Program-made: the position numbers and the translations under genes
Assembly: GCA_025453395.1 (NCBI GenBank)
Contig: JALOQK010000001.1
Coordinates: forward strand, 10,244-74,243
Source of the DNA: Candidatus Omnitrophota bacterium
GTDB lineage: Bacteria > Omnitrophota > Gorgyraeia > Gygaellales > Profunditerraquicolaceae
DNA: 64,000 bases
Direction: 5' to 3'
In this document: positions 36,231-46,159 of the stretch, one piece after another
Layout: every line of letters begins with the position of its first letter
Position numbering within the stretch: the stretch's first letter is position 1
The notes under the pieces: model-generated
Databases searched by the model: none
What the model was told of the DNA's origin: nothing
What the model saw: only the letters and a program-made list of their open reading frames with translations

Positions 36231-36645
36231 CAAAGACAACCTGGGCCTGGTAACCGCGCGGGGTTTGGGAAAGCTTAAGTTCGTGGTAGGTAGCAGCTTT
36301 TATTTCAGTATTAACTTTATAATGATTCATATCTACGCCCACAGCAACAGCATCTATGAATTTGTCACTTACCTGATTGATCTTAAAATCCTCAAAAACC
36401 ATTGATTCCGTCTGCGACAAATACAATAATTGATTCAGCCAATTCACTAAAAGCTCTTCAGCGTTAGCGCCTTTTTGCATCACAACCATTTGATGGCTTT
36501 CTGTTTTAGAGGGATTGACTTTTTGAGCAGAAATATCAAAAAGCGCCAAGCCAGCATTACGGAAAAGGCCAGATAAGTCTTTTGCCTGCACCCGCATGCC
36601 GATATCTGCGGTATGATCTAAGATCTGGTAAAAATCTTTTCCCAT
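36223..36645 (-). CDS. archease
   Basis: DHTAD, EIKAATYH, FDV C-terminus; overlaps the rtcB start. Confidence 0.95.
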   Translation of the reverse strand: MGKDFYQILDHTADIGMRVQAKDLSGLFRNAGLALFDISAQKVNPSKTESHQMVVMQKGANAEELLVNWLNQLLYLSQTESMVFEDFKINQVSDKFIDAVAVGVDMNHYKVNTEIKAATYHELKLSQTPRGYQAQVVFDV

Positions 36646-36653
36646 AGGATAAC

Positions 36654-38435
36654 TTATCTGGAATAAACCGGCCGCGCGCAGTAATGGGTATGCAGAAGCT
36701 CTTCGGATTTCTCGCCTAATGGCTTTTCCAGAAACTCCTCGTATAATTTTTTAACCGCCGGATTCTCATGGGACTTGCGGATAGGCTTATTTTTATCTTC
36801 CTCGTAAATAGCCTGCATTCTTTTCTGGCGCACTTCTGTATTAGTGGGCAAAGGCTGGCCGCCTCCGCCGATACACCCGCCGGGGCAGGTCATAATCTCA
36901 ATAAAAGCATATGGAGACTTTCCGGATTTTATTTCATCAAGCAATACGCGCGCTTTGCTTAAAGAACTTGCCACCGCCACTTTTATTTTTAAGCCATCAA
37001 TATCCACTTCCGCGGTTTTGATTCCATCTAAACCGCGCAAATTCTCAAAGTCTAGTTTTTCAAGCGTTTTTCCTGTTAACACTTCATAGGCGGTGCGCAG
37101 CGCCGCCTCCATAACTCCGCCGGTTGCGCCGAAAATTACTGCCGCGCCGGTTGAAACTCCCAGAGGTTCATCAAAATTCTCATCTTTTAATTCATTAAAA
37201 CATATCCCCGCCTCTTGTATCATGCGCGCGGCCTCGCGGGTAGTTAAAACATAATCCACGTCAAAAAACGCCTCTTCATCCTTAAGTTTCATCTTATCTT
37301 TCCAATATAAAAAGGCGCTTTTCATTTCCGCTCGCTTGGCCTCAAATTTCTTGGCAGTGCAGGGCATAATAGAAACTACCACAATATTTCTGGGGTCAAC
37401 GCCCATCTTTTGGGCGTAATAAGTCTTGGCAATTGCCCCGAACATCTGCTGGGGAGATTTACAGCTTGATACGTGTTTTAAGGCCTCAGGATAAAAATGC
37501 TCGGCAAACTTAATCCAGCCTGGCGAGCAGGAAGTAATCATCGGCAAAACACCTTTATGCTTAATGCGCTCAATCAACTCAAAACCTTCCTCCATAATGG
37601 TAAGATCGGCGCTAAACTGCGTATCAAAAACCTTATTGAATCCCATACGGCGAAGCGCGGCTGCCATTTTGCCGGTAGCCAAACTCCCCGCAGGCATGCC
37701 GAATTCCTCGCCTATGGAAGCGCGCACTGCCGGAGCAGTTTCCACTAAAACTATTTTTTTAGGGTCTGACAGATCCCGCCATACATTTTCAATCGCGCTT
37801 TGCTCAATAATCGCGCCGGTTGGACAAACCAATAAACATTGCCCGCAGTTAATACATTCAACATTGCCCAGGCCCATCTCCATAAAAGTTGAAACGTAGC
37901 TTAACTTACCGCGGTGTATAGTATCAATGGCATTTACCGACTGCACTTTAGAGCAGACCGCGATACAACGCCGGCACAAAATACATTTATCCGCGTCACG
38001 GATCAGAGAAGGAGAAGTCTTATCTACTGTAATGCCGGATTTAAGCGCCTTGACAAAAGGGGCATCTCTGACCCCCATATCATGCGCCAGGCGGCGCAAT
38101 TCGCAATGCTGATTGCGGTCGCAAAAAAAACAATCTTCAGGATGAGACGCAAGCAGCAATTCCAGATTTGTCTTGCGCGCGCGGCGCACACGCTGGCTGT
38201 TAGTAAGAATCTCCATGCCGTTGTTTACCGCGGTAACACATGAGCGCAAAAGCGTCTTTGCCCCCTTTACTTCCACGACACAAATAGAACAGCTGGCCTC
38301 TTCACTTATACCTTCAAGATAACAAAGCGTCGGGATGACAATCCCGGCGCTTCTGCAGGCTGCAAGTATCGTTGAGCCCTGAGGAACCTCTATATCTTTT
38401 CCGTCAATTTTTATGCGCACATTATTTTCCGGCAT
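36654..38435 (-). CDS. hydA: group A [FeFe]-hydrogenase catalytic subunit
   Basis: TSCSPGW, MPCTAKKFE, EIMTCPGGCIGGGGQP; N-terminal 2Fe-2S, His-ligated 4Fe-4S and 2x4Fe-4S motifs. Confidence 0.97.
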   Translation of the reverse strand: MPENNVRIKIDGKDIEVPQGSTILAACRSAGIVIPTLCYLEGISEEASCSICVVEVKGAKTLLRSCVTAVNNGMEILTNSQRVRRARKTNLELLLASHPEDCFFCDRNQHCELRRLAHDMGVRDAPFVKALKSGITVDKTSPSLIRDADKCILCRRCIAVCSKVQSVNAIDTIHRGKLSYVSTFMEMGLGNVECINCGQCLLVCPTGAIIEQSAIENVWRDLSDPKKIVLVETAPAVRASIGEEFGMPAGSLATGKMAAALRRMGFNKVFDTQFSADLTIMEEGFELIERIKHKGVLPMITSCSPGWIKFAEHFYPEALKHVSSCKSPQQMFGAIAKTYYAQKMGVDPRNIVVVSIMPCTAKKFEAKRAEMKSAFLYWKDKMKLKDEEAFFDVDYVLTTREAARMIQEAGICFNELKDENFDEPLGVSTGAAVIFGATGGVMEAALRTAYEVLTGKTLEKLDFENLRGLDGIKTAEVDIDGLKIKVAVASSLSKARVLLDEIKSGKSPYAFIEIMTCPGGCIGGGGQPLPTNTEVRQKRMQAIYEEDKNKPIRKSHENPAVKKLYEEFLEKPLGEKSEELLHTHYCARPVYSR

Positions 38436-38449
38436 GGCATTTCCTTCTT

Positions 38450-41400
38450 TTATTCAATAAGCGCTTCCTCTTTCACGTCGCAACGCAGGCAACGCGAAGC
38501 TTCAATATCAACCTGTTTTCTTGATAATCCTTGCGAAACTTCCTTAAAATTACAAAGGCGTGATCCGACCGGGAGAAACTTTCCGGATTGTTTGGACTGT
38601 CTTGCCGGCTTAAGAGGAACTTTATTCCTGTATTCATGCTTTTTAAATAACTTAATAAACCTATCCTTACCGGTTAACTCTTTATCAATTACCTGCGCCG
38701 CTTTCTTGCCATAACCCATGGCTTCAACCGCGGTAGAAGGCCCGGTAACCAAATCCCCTCCCGCGTAATAACCGCTTACGTTGGCCTTGAGGGTAAAACC
38801 ATCAATCTTGACCGTGCCGTTTTTATTAAGATTGATCCCGCTTTCCCTGATAAATTCCGAATCCACGCGCTCGCCGATAGCCACCATCACCGTATCGCAG
38901 GGGATCTGGTAAGTTTCATTAGTTGCCTCGGGGATTTTTCTGCCCGCAAAGTCATAGCCTCCGGGCAGCATCTTAACAACTTCAAGCGCCTTTACCTTTT
39001 TTTGCGCATCAGCCAATATCGCCTTGGGAGAAGCAAGAAAAACAAATTTAATGCCCTCAGCTTCGGCCTCTCTTATCTCGTCTTTATTCGCTGGCATATC
39101 CTGCTTTTCTCTGCGGTAAACAACCGTAACTTTTGCGCCCAGCCTCCAGGCGGTGCGCGCGGCATCAATAGCGGCGTTACCAGCCCCGATAATCAAAACT
39201 TCCTTTCCGATGTCAATTTTCTTGCCTAGAAGAACTTCTTCCAGGAAATGCGTAGCCGAATAAACACCCGGGAATTCTTCTCCGGGGATCTGCAAAAACA
39301 TGCTTTGGTAAGAACCGGTTGCCAAAAATACCGCATCGTAATCCTGCCTTATTTGTTTAAGCCTTTCAGAATTTACTTTCTTATTAAAAACAAATTTTAC
39401 TCCCAGCTTTTTAATAAAGCCTAATTCCTTGGCAAGGATCTTTTTGGGCAGGCGATACTCAGGTATCCCGTAACGCAAAATACCGCCTGGTTGGGATTTT
39501 TCTTCGAAGACAACTACTTCGTGGCCTAAGCGCACAAGATAAAAAGCTGCGGTAAAACCTGCGGGGCCGGCTCCGATGACCGCAACTTTCTTGCCGGTCT
39601 TAGGCATTTTCTCCTTGATAAAACGCCTCAGGACTTCAGGTTCTTTCTTTAGCTTATACACCTGGTCCGCGACAAATCTGTGCACTTCGCCTTGAGAAAC
39701 TGGCTGGTCAAGGTCTTCCCTGCGACAACGCATCTTGCAATGGAAATGACAAATCCTGCCTGAAGAAGAGGGTATGGGATTATCCCGGTAGATCAGGTCA
39801 AAAGCATCTAAAAGCCTGTCTTCTTTTATAAGTTCCAGGAAACCGGGGATATTCATATGCAAAGGGCAGCTGTTTTCGCAAGGAGAAAGAAAAAGCGTCT
39901 TACACACGCCTGCATCGCAATGTTTTCCCTGAATATGTTCAAGATATTCATTGCGGAAATATTTCATAGTAGTTAATATTGGATTTGGCCCGGTCTGGCC
40001 AAGCCCGCAGAGGGCGGTATCTTTAATTACCTCGCCTAAACTTTCCAGCTGCAACAATTGCCCAAGATTTGCTTTACCCTCAGCAATAGCATTCAAGGTA
40101 TTAAGCGACTGATATAGGCCTTCACGGCAGGGAGTGCATTTTCCGCAAGATTCAGAAGTAGTAAACTCGGTAAAATAACGCGCTACATCCACCATGCAAT
40201 TGTCATCGTCCATAACCACCATCCCGCCTGAACCCATAATCGCGCCAAGCGCATTTAAGGATTCATAGTCTACAGGGGTCTTAAATAATTCTACAGGGAT
40301 ACATCCTCCGGAAGGGCCTCCGGTCTGCACAGCTTTGACTTTTTTCTTAGTCCCGGTACCTTGCCCGATATTATAGATTAACGTAAGAAGAGATTCGCCT
40401 AAAGCAAGCTCAACTAATCCGGTATTTTTTATTTTCCCCACCAAAGAAAAGACTTTTGTGCCTGAGCTTTTTTCTGTGCCGGTCTGGTTAAACCAGCTTC
40501 CGCCTTTGGCGATGATCGCCGGAATGTTACAGTATGTTTCCACATTATTGATATTTGTAGGCTTATTCCAAATCCCCTTTTGGGCGGGAAACGGCGGACG
40601 CGGACACGGCATGCCTCTTCTTCCTTCAATAGAAGCAATAAGCGCAGTTTCTTCGCCGCAGACAAAGGCCCCTGCCCCCTCAACAAGATGTATATCAAAG
40701 CAAAAATTACTGCCTAAAATGTTTTTCCCCAAAAACCCGTATTCCTGCGCTTGAAGGATAGCTTTCTGCAAACGCTCAACCGCAAGAGGATATTCCGCGC
40801 GGATATAAATAATGCCTTCATTTCCGCCCATGGCAAAGGCTGCGATAAGCATGCCTTCAATAAGCATATGCGGGTCGCTTTCAATTTCATTGCGATTCAT
40901 ATATGCTCCGGGATCGCCCTCATCAGCATTGCAGACAATATATTTCTTGTCCGCTTTTTCCTGTTTCATTAACTCCCATTTTCTCCCTGTAGGAAAACCC
41001 GCGCCTCCTCTGCCGCGAAGCTTTGACAACTTTACTTCTTCTATGACTTGTTCTGGCGACATACCGTTTATAACCTTAGCAATACTGCTATATCCGCCAA
41101 CAGCAATATACTCTTGGATATCTTCGGGATTAATCAGGCCGCAATCTCGCAAGACGATTTTTTTCTGCCATTTAAAGAAATCTACTTGATTCCATAAAGG
41201 TATCGCATCCAACCCTTGCCCATAAGTAATCTGGCCGGTTAAGTGATCCCATTTCTCTATACGGCAAAGGGCTTTTTTCTCCGGAATATTGCCACGGGAA
41301 ACAGCATCAAGTATTGCCTTAACATCTTTGGTTGTGACTTTCTGAAGAATAACAAGCGGATTTCCCGGAATAGCGATATTTACCAATGGCTCATTCACGC

Positions 41401-41605
41401 AAAAACCAAAACAACCTACCTTGGTAAGATTAATCTTGAGTTTTCTTTTAGTAATGCCACTAGCAAATGCTTTATAGACCTGGTCCGCGCCGTTACCTAT
41501 GCCACAGGTACCTAAACCCACGGCAATGCGCGGCCTGTCAGTAAAGATTTTACTCAAACCCTTTTCTCTGACCACTTGCAAATCATTCAGATTCATAATC
41601 TTCAT
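38450..41605 (-). CDS. hydB: HydB/NuoF-like subunit fused to a GltD-like FAD/NAD(P)H oxidoreductase
   Basis: GRGGAGFP, ADEGDPGA, CGEETAL, GGPSGG, CGKCTPC..C; then CENSCP, GAGPAG, GAGNAAID..YRR, RCLRC. Confidence 0.93.
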   Translation of the reverse strand: MKIMNLNDLQVVREKGLSKIFTDRPRIAVGLGTCGIGNGADQVYKAFASGITKRKLKINLTKVGCFGFCVNEPLVNIAIPGNPLVILQKVTTKDVKAILDAVSRGNIPEKKALCRIEKWDHLTGQITYGQGLDAIPLWNQVDFFKWQKKIVLRDCGLINPEDIQEYIAVGGYSSIAKVINGMSPEQVIEEVKLSKLRGRGGAGFPTGRKWELMKQEKADKKYIVCNADEGDPGAYMNRNEIESDPHMLIEGMLIAAFAMGGNEGIIYIRAEYPLAVERLQKAILQAQEYGFLGKNILGSNFCFDIHLVEGAGAFVCGEETALIASIEGRRGMPCPRPPFPAQKGIWNKPTNINNVETYCNIPAIIAKGGSWFNQTGTEKSSGTKVFSLVGKIKNTGLVELALGESLLTLIYNIGQGTGTKKKVKAVQTGGPSGGCIPVELFKTPVDYESLNALGAIMGSGGMVVMDDDNCMVDVARYFTEFTTSESCGKCTPCREGLYQSLNTLNAIAEGKANLGQLLQLESLGEVIKDTALCGLGQTGPNPILTTMKYFRNEYLEHIQGKHCDAGVCKTLFLSPCENSCPLHMNIPGFLELIKEDRLLDAFDLIYRDNPIPSSSGRICHFHCKMRCRREDLDQPVSQGEVHRFVADQVYKLKKEPEVLRRFIKEKMPKTGKKVAVIGAGPAGFTAAFYLVRLGHEVVVFEEKSQPGGILRYGIPEYRLPKKILAKELGFIKKLGVKFVFNKKVNSERLKQIRQDYDAVFLATGSYQSMFLQIPGEEFPGVYSATHFLEEVLLGKKIDIGKEVLIIGAGNAAIDAARTAWRLGAKVTVVYRREKQDMPANKDEIREAEAEGIKFVFLASPKAILADAQKKVKALEVVKMLPGGYDFAGRKIPEATNETYQIPCDTVMVAIGERVDSEFIRESGINLNKNGTVKIDGFTLKANVSGYYAGGDLVTGPSTAVEAMGYGKKAAQVIDKELTGKDRFIKLFKKHEYRNKVPLKPARQSKQSGKFLPVGSRLCNFKEVSQGLSRKQVDIEASRCLRCDVKEEALIE

Positions 41606-42126
41606 TTTTTCTTCTTTCGGGCAATCCCTTGCACGATCTGACGTAATTTACTTTCAGTCATATGGCCGTAGATAACTCCATCCACCTCTACAACCGGCGC
41701 CAACGCGCACTGGCCAAAACAAGCCACTGTCCTTAAGGTAAATTTATTGTCCGCAGTAGTTAAAAATAGCTTCTCGCCCTGATGATGGCCCTCTTCTTTC
41801 AGGCCTAGAAGCTGTTTAAGATATTCCAGAATATTTTTTGAGCGTCGGGTATGGCAGGCAGTGCCGCGGCAGATAATAATAGTATGGTCGCCTTGGGGCT
41901 TAAGATTAAAAAAAGCGTAAAAAGTAACTACCCCGTAGATTTTGGCAAGAGGGATATTGGTTTTTTGAGAAATGTATTCTAATGTTTCCTGAGGAAGATA
42001 CTTGTGGCAATTTAGCTGCTGGACTTCTTCTAATATGCCCAAAAGCGCTCCGGGATTCGAGCCATATTTAGCAATTACCCGGTCTATCTTTTTGGTATGG
42101 TTACTTTGCGTGGACATTTCCGCCAT
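41602..42126 (-). CDS. hydC: HydC/NuoE-like 2Fe-2S subunit
   Basis: YGVVTFY, CRGTAC, CFGQCALAP. Confidence 0.93.
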   Translation of the reverse strand: MAEMSTQSNHTKKIDRVIAKYGSNPGALLGILEEVQQLNCHKYLPQETLEYISQKTNIPLAKIYGVVTFYAFFNLKPQGDHTIIICRGTACHTRRSKNILEYLKQLLGLKEEGHHQGEKLFLTTADNKFTLRTVACFGQCALAPVVEVDGVIYGHMTESKLRQIVQGIARKKKK

Positions 42127-42253
42127 TTCCGTTAAAGAATTAGCCAGCTATAATTAACGCTTATATTAGCATCAACTTATGCCTGTGTCTATTTCTTTTT
42201 AGGATCCGCTTAGCAGATGATATTTTCTTAAGAGGATTATCGGAAAATTCAAC

Positions 42254-42326
42254 TGGGCCATGCGGGAGTCGAACCTGCGACCTTGACATTAAGAGTGTCC
42301 TGCTCTACCAATTGAGCTAATGGCCC
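42254..42326 (-). tRNA. tRNA-Lys(CTT)
   Basis: GGGCCAT/ATGGCCC stem, GACA-CTCTTAA-TGTC arm, GGTTCGACTCC. Confidence 0.95.
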
Positions 42327-42458
42327 TATATTCTTTATATGTAAGAGCCATTAGCGGAATCCTCCGAAGCGGAATGAATTCCCCAAAGGCCCTAATCTAT
42401 TATAGTGGAGGGATATTCTATCCTAAAATACCCCGGTTTGCAAGGCAGATTTTCATTC

Positions 42459-43871
42459 TTAATCCACTATCTGATATTCCTCTGCTCTCTTGTGAAGCAA
42501 TCGGTTTATTTCGGGGACAATAACGCCTGCGTCTAAATTCTTGGCAATAAACATGGCCATATCCAAGCAGTGATCCACATTATAGTAATCTGACATACCA
42601 AGCCTTCCTGTATATATTATATTCTCAATAGAATTTAATTCTTTAAAAATCTTATCTTTTTTCTCCTGAAAACCAAGCTCATACACAGGATAAAAAGCCG
42701 GAATCCTGACTAAACAGCTATCCAGGACCTGATTCTTATTTACAATCTTTAAGCCCTCTAACCCCTTAACGCAAAGCGCCAGGATTTCTCCATCTGGTTT
42801 CTTAAAAAGGCCGCTTTTTACTTCGCTTGTAAAATCACAGCAGATAACTGTCTTATCTTCAGGAAAACCCTTGGTCGAAATAAGCTTTTGCTCTGAGATG
42901 CGCGAAAAAACAAGCTCCTTATCCGGACAGAAAACCCAATGATCATTCAAACAACTTGGCTTATCTATTAGAAAATAAGCGATCATACTGTGGCGCATCT
43001 TCAAAAAGTTATCTTCTTGGTTAATTTTCCTATCATCAGGAAATAATAAAGAAGTAACCTCATTTAAAGGAATAGAAGAAACCAGCATATCACAGTCTAT
43101 GGCCTGTTTATTATCAAATACAACTGTCTTTATTCTCTTCTCCTCCATGATAAATTTAACCGGTTTCTGGCACGTGCGGATTATATGACCCGACCTTAGA
43201 AGATTGTTAGCTAAGCCATCACAAACCTGGTAAAAACCTTCCTGAGGGTAAAAAAAGTGGCTGGCGTCAGTAAACTTACTTTCCTTCTTTATATTTAAGA
43301 GGCGAAAAACAAGGTCGTACATATTCCTGACAGGAATTCTTTTCTTGGCAATCTGGGCGCTTAACTCTTTTGGATCTCCCCAGACTTTATACGCTAACGG
43401 TAAGAAAACCGTCTGGTAAATCTTATTGCCAAAGATATTCTTACAGTATTCTTCATAGGTAGAAGCTTCTTTCAAGAATGGCGTGCGCAGAAGTGTAAGC
43501 AATACTGAAATACTTAAATGGATAACTTCTATTGGGTTAAAAACCTTAACCAATTGCACCAATTTCACCGGATAATCCATCAATTTCCCGCGCAGAATAA
43601 TCTTATGCTTCTTTTCTACTGTCTTAAGCGTGCTATTTGAAATCTTCATAAATTCATCCATGATCCCCGGGATAACAGAATAAACCTTGTGCGGACCGTA
43701 ATCAAGTTTTATGCCTTTAAAATCATAATACCCGCACAATCCCCCCAGCCTATTTTCCTTCTCGCAAAGAACAATATCATACTTATTCAGTTTAGACAAT
43801 TCCCACGCGGCAGTTAAACCGCTTATACCGCCTCCTAAAACAATAACCTTTTGCTTATTTTTATTATTCAT
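42459..43871 (-). CDS. FAD-dependent oxidoreductase (amine oxidase/UDP-galactopyranose mutase-like)
   Basis: GGGISGL, E...GGL, DYGPH, F.YP..G, GRLG...Y.N.DH. Confidence 0.8.
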   Translation of the reverse strand: MNNKNKQKVIVLGGGISGLTAAWELSKLNKYDIVLCEKENRLGGLCGYYDFKGIKLDYGPHKVYSVIPGIMDEFMKISNSTLKTVEKKHKIILRGKLMDYPVKLVQLVKVFNPIEVIHLSISVLLTLLRTPFLKEASTYEEYCKNIFGNKIYQTVFLPLAYKVWGDPKELSAQIAKKRIPVRNMYDLVFRLLNIKKESKFTDASHFFYPQEGFYQVCDGLANNLLRSGHIIRTCQKPVKFIMEEKRIKTVVFDNKQAIDCDMLVSSIPLNEVTSLLFPDDRKINQEDNFLKMRHSMIAYFLIDKPSCLNDHWVFCPDKELVFSRISEQKLISTKGFPEDKTVICCDFTSEVKSGLFKKPDGEILALCVKGLEGLKIVNKNQVLDSCLVRIPAFYPVYELGFQEKKDKIFKELNSIENIIYTGRLGMSDYYNVDHCLDMAMFIAKNLDAGVIVPEINRLLHKRAEEYQIVD

Positions 43872-44829
43872 CTTTTTTCCGGGCAATCATTAAATATTGA
43901 CTGGCAAAATAAGGCAGAAGCATTTCTTTAATGGGCATAAACGCATACGGAAACCTTGCAATCTTGGCCAAAGGCTTAGAATACACTTCCAAACGGCTGG
44001 CTAAATAATCATAGCTTAATTTTTGAAAGTGCATTTTATGGGAGATTCTTTTGAAACCATGCTTATCCAAATATGCCGTAAGCGTTTTAGGCGTAAAATA
44101 ATAAAGGTGCACCGAAAGTAAAAACCACCAATGCCTTCCTGAAAGACGCGCCAAGAAATCATCTATGCGCGGATAATTAATCACCAAAAGCCCCCCGGGT
44201 TTTAATATCCGATTTATTTCTTTTAGTGTTTCACCCGGAGAAGCAACATGCTCTAAAACATCCCACAAGGTAACAATATCAAAACTTTTATCCGGCAATT
44301 TCGCTTCTTCTAATACCCCGCAAAACATCTTAACAGCGTAATTCTTCCTGGCAAATTCACACAGCCACTTGGAAGGCTCTACCCCTAAAGCATCATACCC
44401 GGCATCCCGGGCAACCCTGACAAAAATCCCGGAAGCCGCCCCCACATCCAATAAATTTCCTGACCTGCACAAACCTTGAATGGCTTTAAGGCAGTTCTTA
44501 AACGTTTGACTTCTGCCTTTTTCCTGCGAAACATACTGCTTATCCTCAGCCAAAGAATAGCTTTTAACGATTAATTCCTGTTTTGCCCGAGGCGAAAGAT
44601 AAATCAAGCCGCATTTCTTACAGCGCACGGCCTGCTCAAAGAATATCTGGCTGCTCGCGGAGGAATAGATCTTTAACAACTCATCTTTTGCCTTGGGAAT
44701 CTTTGTTGGGTCTGAAGCAAAAATAACTTCGCTTTCCAAAGAAGAACTGCCGCAAAAGTCACACGGCACATCTTCATAGAGATCAAGAGAGAAGTGCTTA
44801 TTTTCTAAAGGTCTGGTAGCCATAGGCAA
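43864..44829 (-). CDS. class I SAM-dependent methyltransferase with N-terminal CxxC..CxxC
   Basis: CDFC, CKKC, LLDVGAASG, WDVLEHV, LKPGG. Confidence 0.88.
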   Translation of the reverse strand: MPMATRPLENKHFSLDLYEDVPCDFCGSSSLESEVIFASDPTKIPKAKDELLKIYSSASSQIFFEQAVRCKKCGLIYLSPRAKQELIVKSYSLAEDKQYVSQEKGRSQTFKNCLKAIQGLCRSGNLLDVGAASGIFVRVARDAGYDALGVEPSKWLCEFARKNYAVKMFCGVLEEAKLPDKSFDIVTLWDVLEHVASPGETLKEINRILKPGGLLVINYPRIDDFLARLSGRHWWFLLSVHLYYFTPKTLTAYLDKHGFKRISHKMHFQKLSYDYLASRLEVYSKPLAKIARFPYAFMPIKEMLLPYFASQYLMIARKKDE

Positions 44830-46159
44830 AATCTACGAACAATCTTCCCTGAATACTTGATTTAAATAGTTTCTTGATCAAGAAACTAGGCCTTAAATAA
44901 AAACGCCTGTGAAAATCATTATAATAAAAATTAAGCTTATCCCAACTAAGCGTATCATGCTGGTATATTTGGCTGGGATTGTGAAAATTATAACAGGCCC
45001 AATCTTGCGTCTTTATAAGGCCCTGCTGCTTATACTCATCGTAAATGCTTGTCCCGGGAAAAGGCACCATAATAGTTGCCTTGGCAAAATCGGGGTTTAG
45101 TCTTATGGCAAAGTCTATTGTCTTGTTAATGCTTCTTTCAGTTTCACCCGGAAACCCCAGCATAAAAAACCCCACCAACTCAAGGCCTGCTTTCTTAATC
45201 ATTCGGCTTGCGCGAAATGCCTGCTCTATTGTAATGCCTTTATTGATCTTATCAAGCATTTCCTGACAGCCGCTTTCAAACCCCACGCCCACCTGATAAC
45301 ATCCGGCTTTCCTGGCAAGCTTCAAGAATTCATCATCGATGCGATCTACCCTTACACCTGTTCTTAAATTCCAAGTCATATTGATATTGCTTCTAATAAT
45401 TGCCTCGCAGATTTCTTTTGCTTTACTAATATCAGTAGTAAATTGATCATCCAAAACATGAAATTCCCGATACCCCAGCTTCTTTAAGATAAATAGCTCC
45501 TCAACAACCCTCTTGGCAGACTTGATCCGGAATTTCCTGCCATGCACTGTCTTGTTACAAAAAGTGCAATTAAAAACACAGCCCCTGCTCATTTCTATGG
45601 GCCCCACGGGATTATTTCTGGCAATCATCCCGGGACAGGAATAGTTATTTATGTCAAACAAATGCAAAGCAGGAAACGGCAGATCCTCTATCGGCAATTC
45701 GCCGCCCTTCTCTATTATCTTGGAAACTTTCTGGCCTCGCGCTATTTTCTTGATAATCTGTTCGCCTTCGCCAACAACTGCAATATCAAAAGAGGATTCT
45801 CTCAAAACCTCTTGGGGAAGCGAAGAAGCGTGCGGCCCGCCTATAATTGTAAGGATATTTCTCGATACAGACTTGGCAATCTGACTTATTCTTGAGGCTT
45901 CGTAGAAAAGCGGCGTGGTTGAAGTAACCCCGACCATATCAGGCTCAAAATCCAGGATCCTGCTTCTGACTTGCTGCCAGATATCGTTTGCGCAAAAAGC
46001 GGATAAATCAATTATGCTTACATCTATTCCCTCTTCAATAAGGCTGGCGGCGATCATTGCCAAAGACATAACCGGCAATCTGGGAACAGCAGCCCTTATC
46101 TTGGATTTACTGTAAACACTAACCGAGCTGGGAGGATTAAATAAAATACATTTCTTCAT
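44798..46159 (-). CDS. B12-binding radical SAM protein
   Basis: GGPHAS, GEGE, SRGCVFNCTFC, GFESG, PFPGT. Confidence 0.92.
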   Translation of the reverse strand: MKKCILFNPPSSVSVYSKSKIRAAVPRLPVMSLAMIAASLIEEGIDVSIIDLSAFCANDIWQQVRSRILDFEPDMVGVTSTTPLFYEASRISQIAKSVSRNILTIIGGPHASSLPQEVLRESSFDIAVVGEGEQIIKKIARGQKVSKIIEKGGELPIEDLPFPALHLFDINNYSCPGMIARNNPVGPIEMSRGCVFNCTFCNKTVHGRKFRIKSAKRVVEELFILKKLGYREFHVLDDQFTTDISKAKEICEAIIRSNINMTWNLRTGVRVDRIDDEFLKLARKAGCYQVGVGFESGCQEMLDKINKGITIEQAFRASRMIKKAGLELVGFFMLGFPGETERSINKTIDFAIRLNPDFAKATIMVPFPGTSIYDEYKQQGLIKTQDWACYNFHNPSQIYQHDTLSWDKLNFYYNDFHRRFYLRPSFLIKKLFKSSIQGRLFVDFAYGYQTFRK

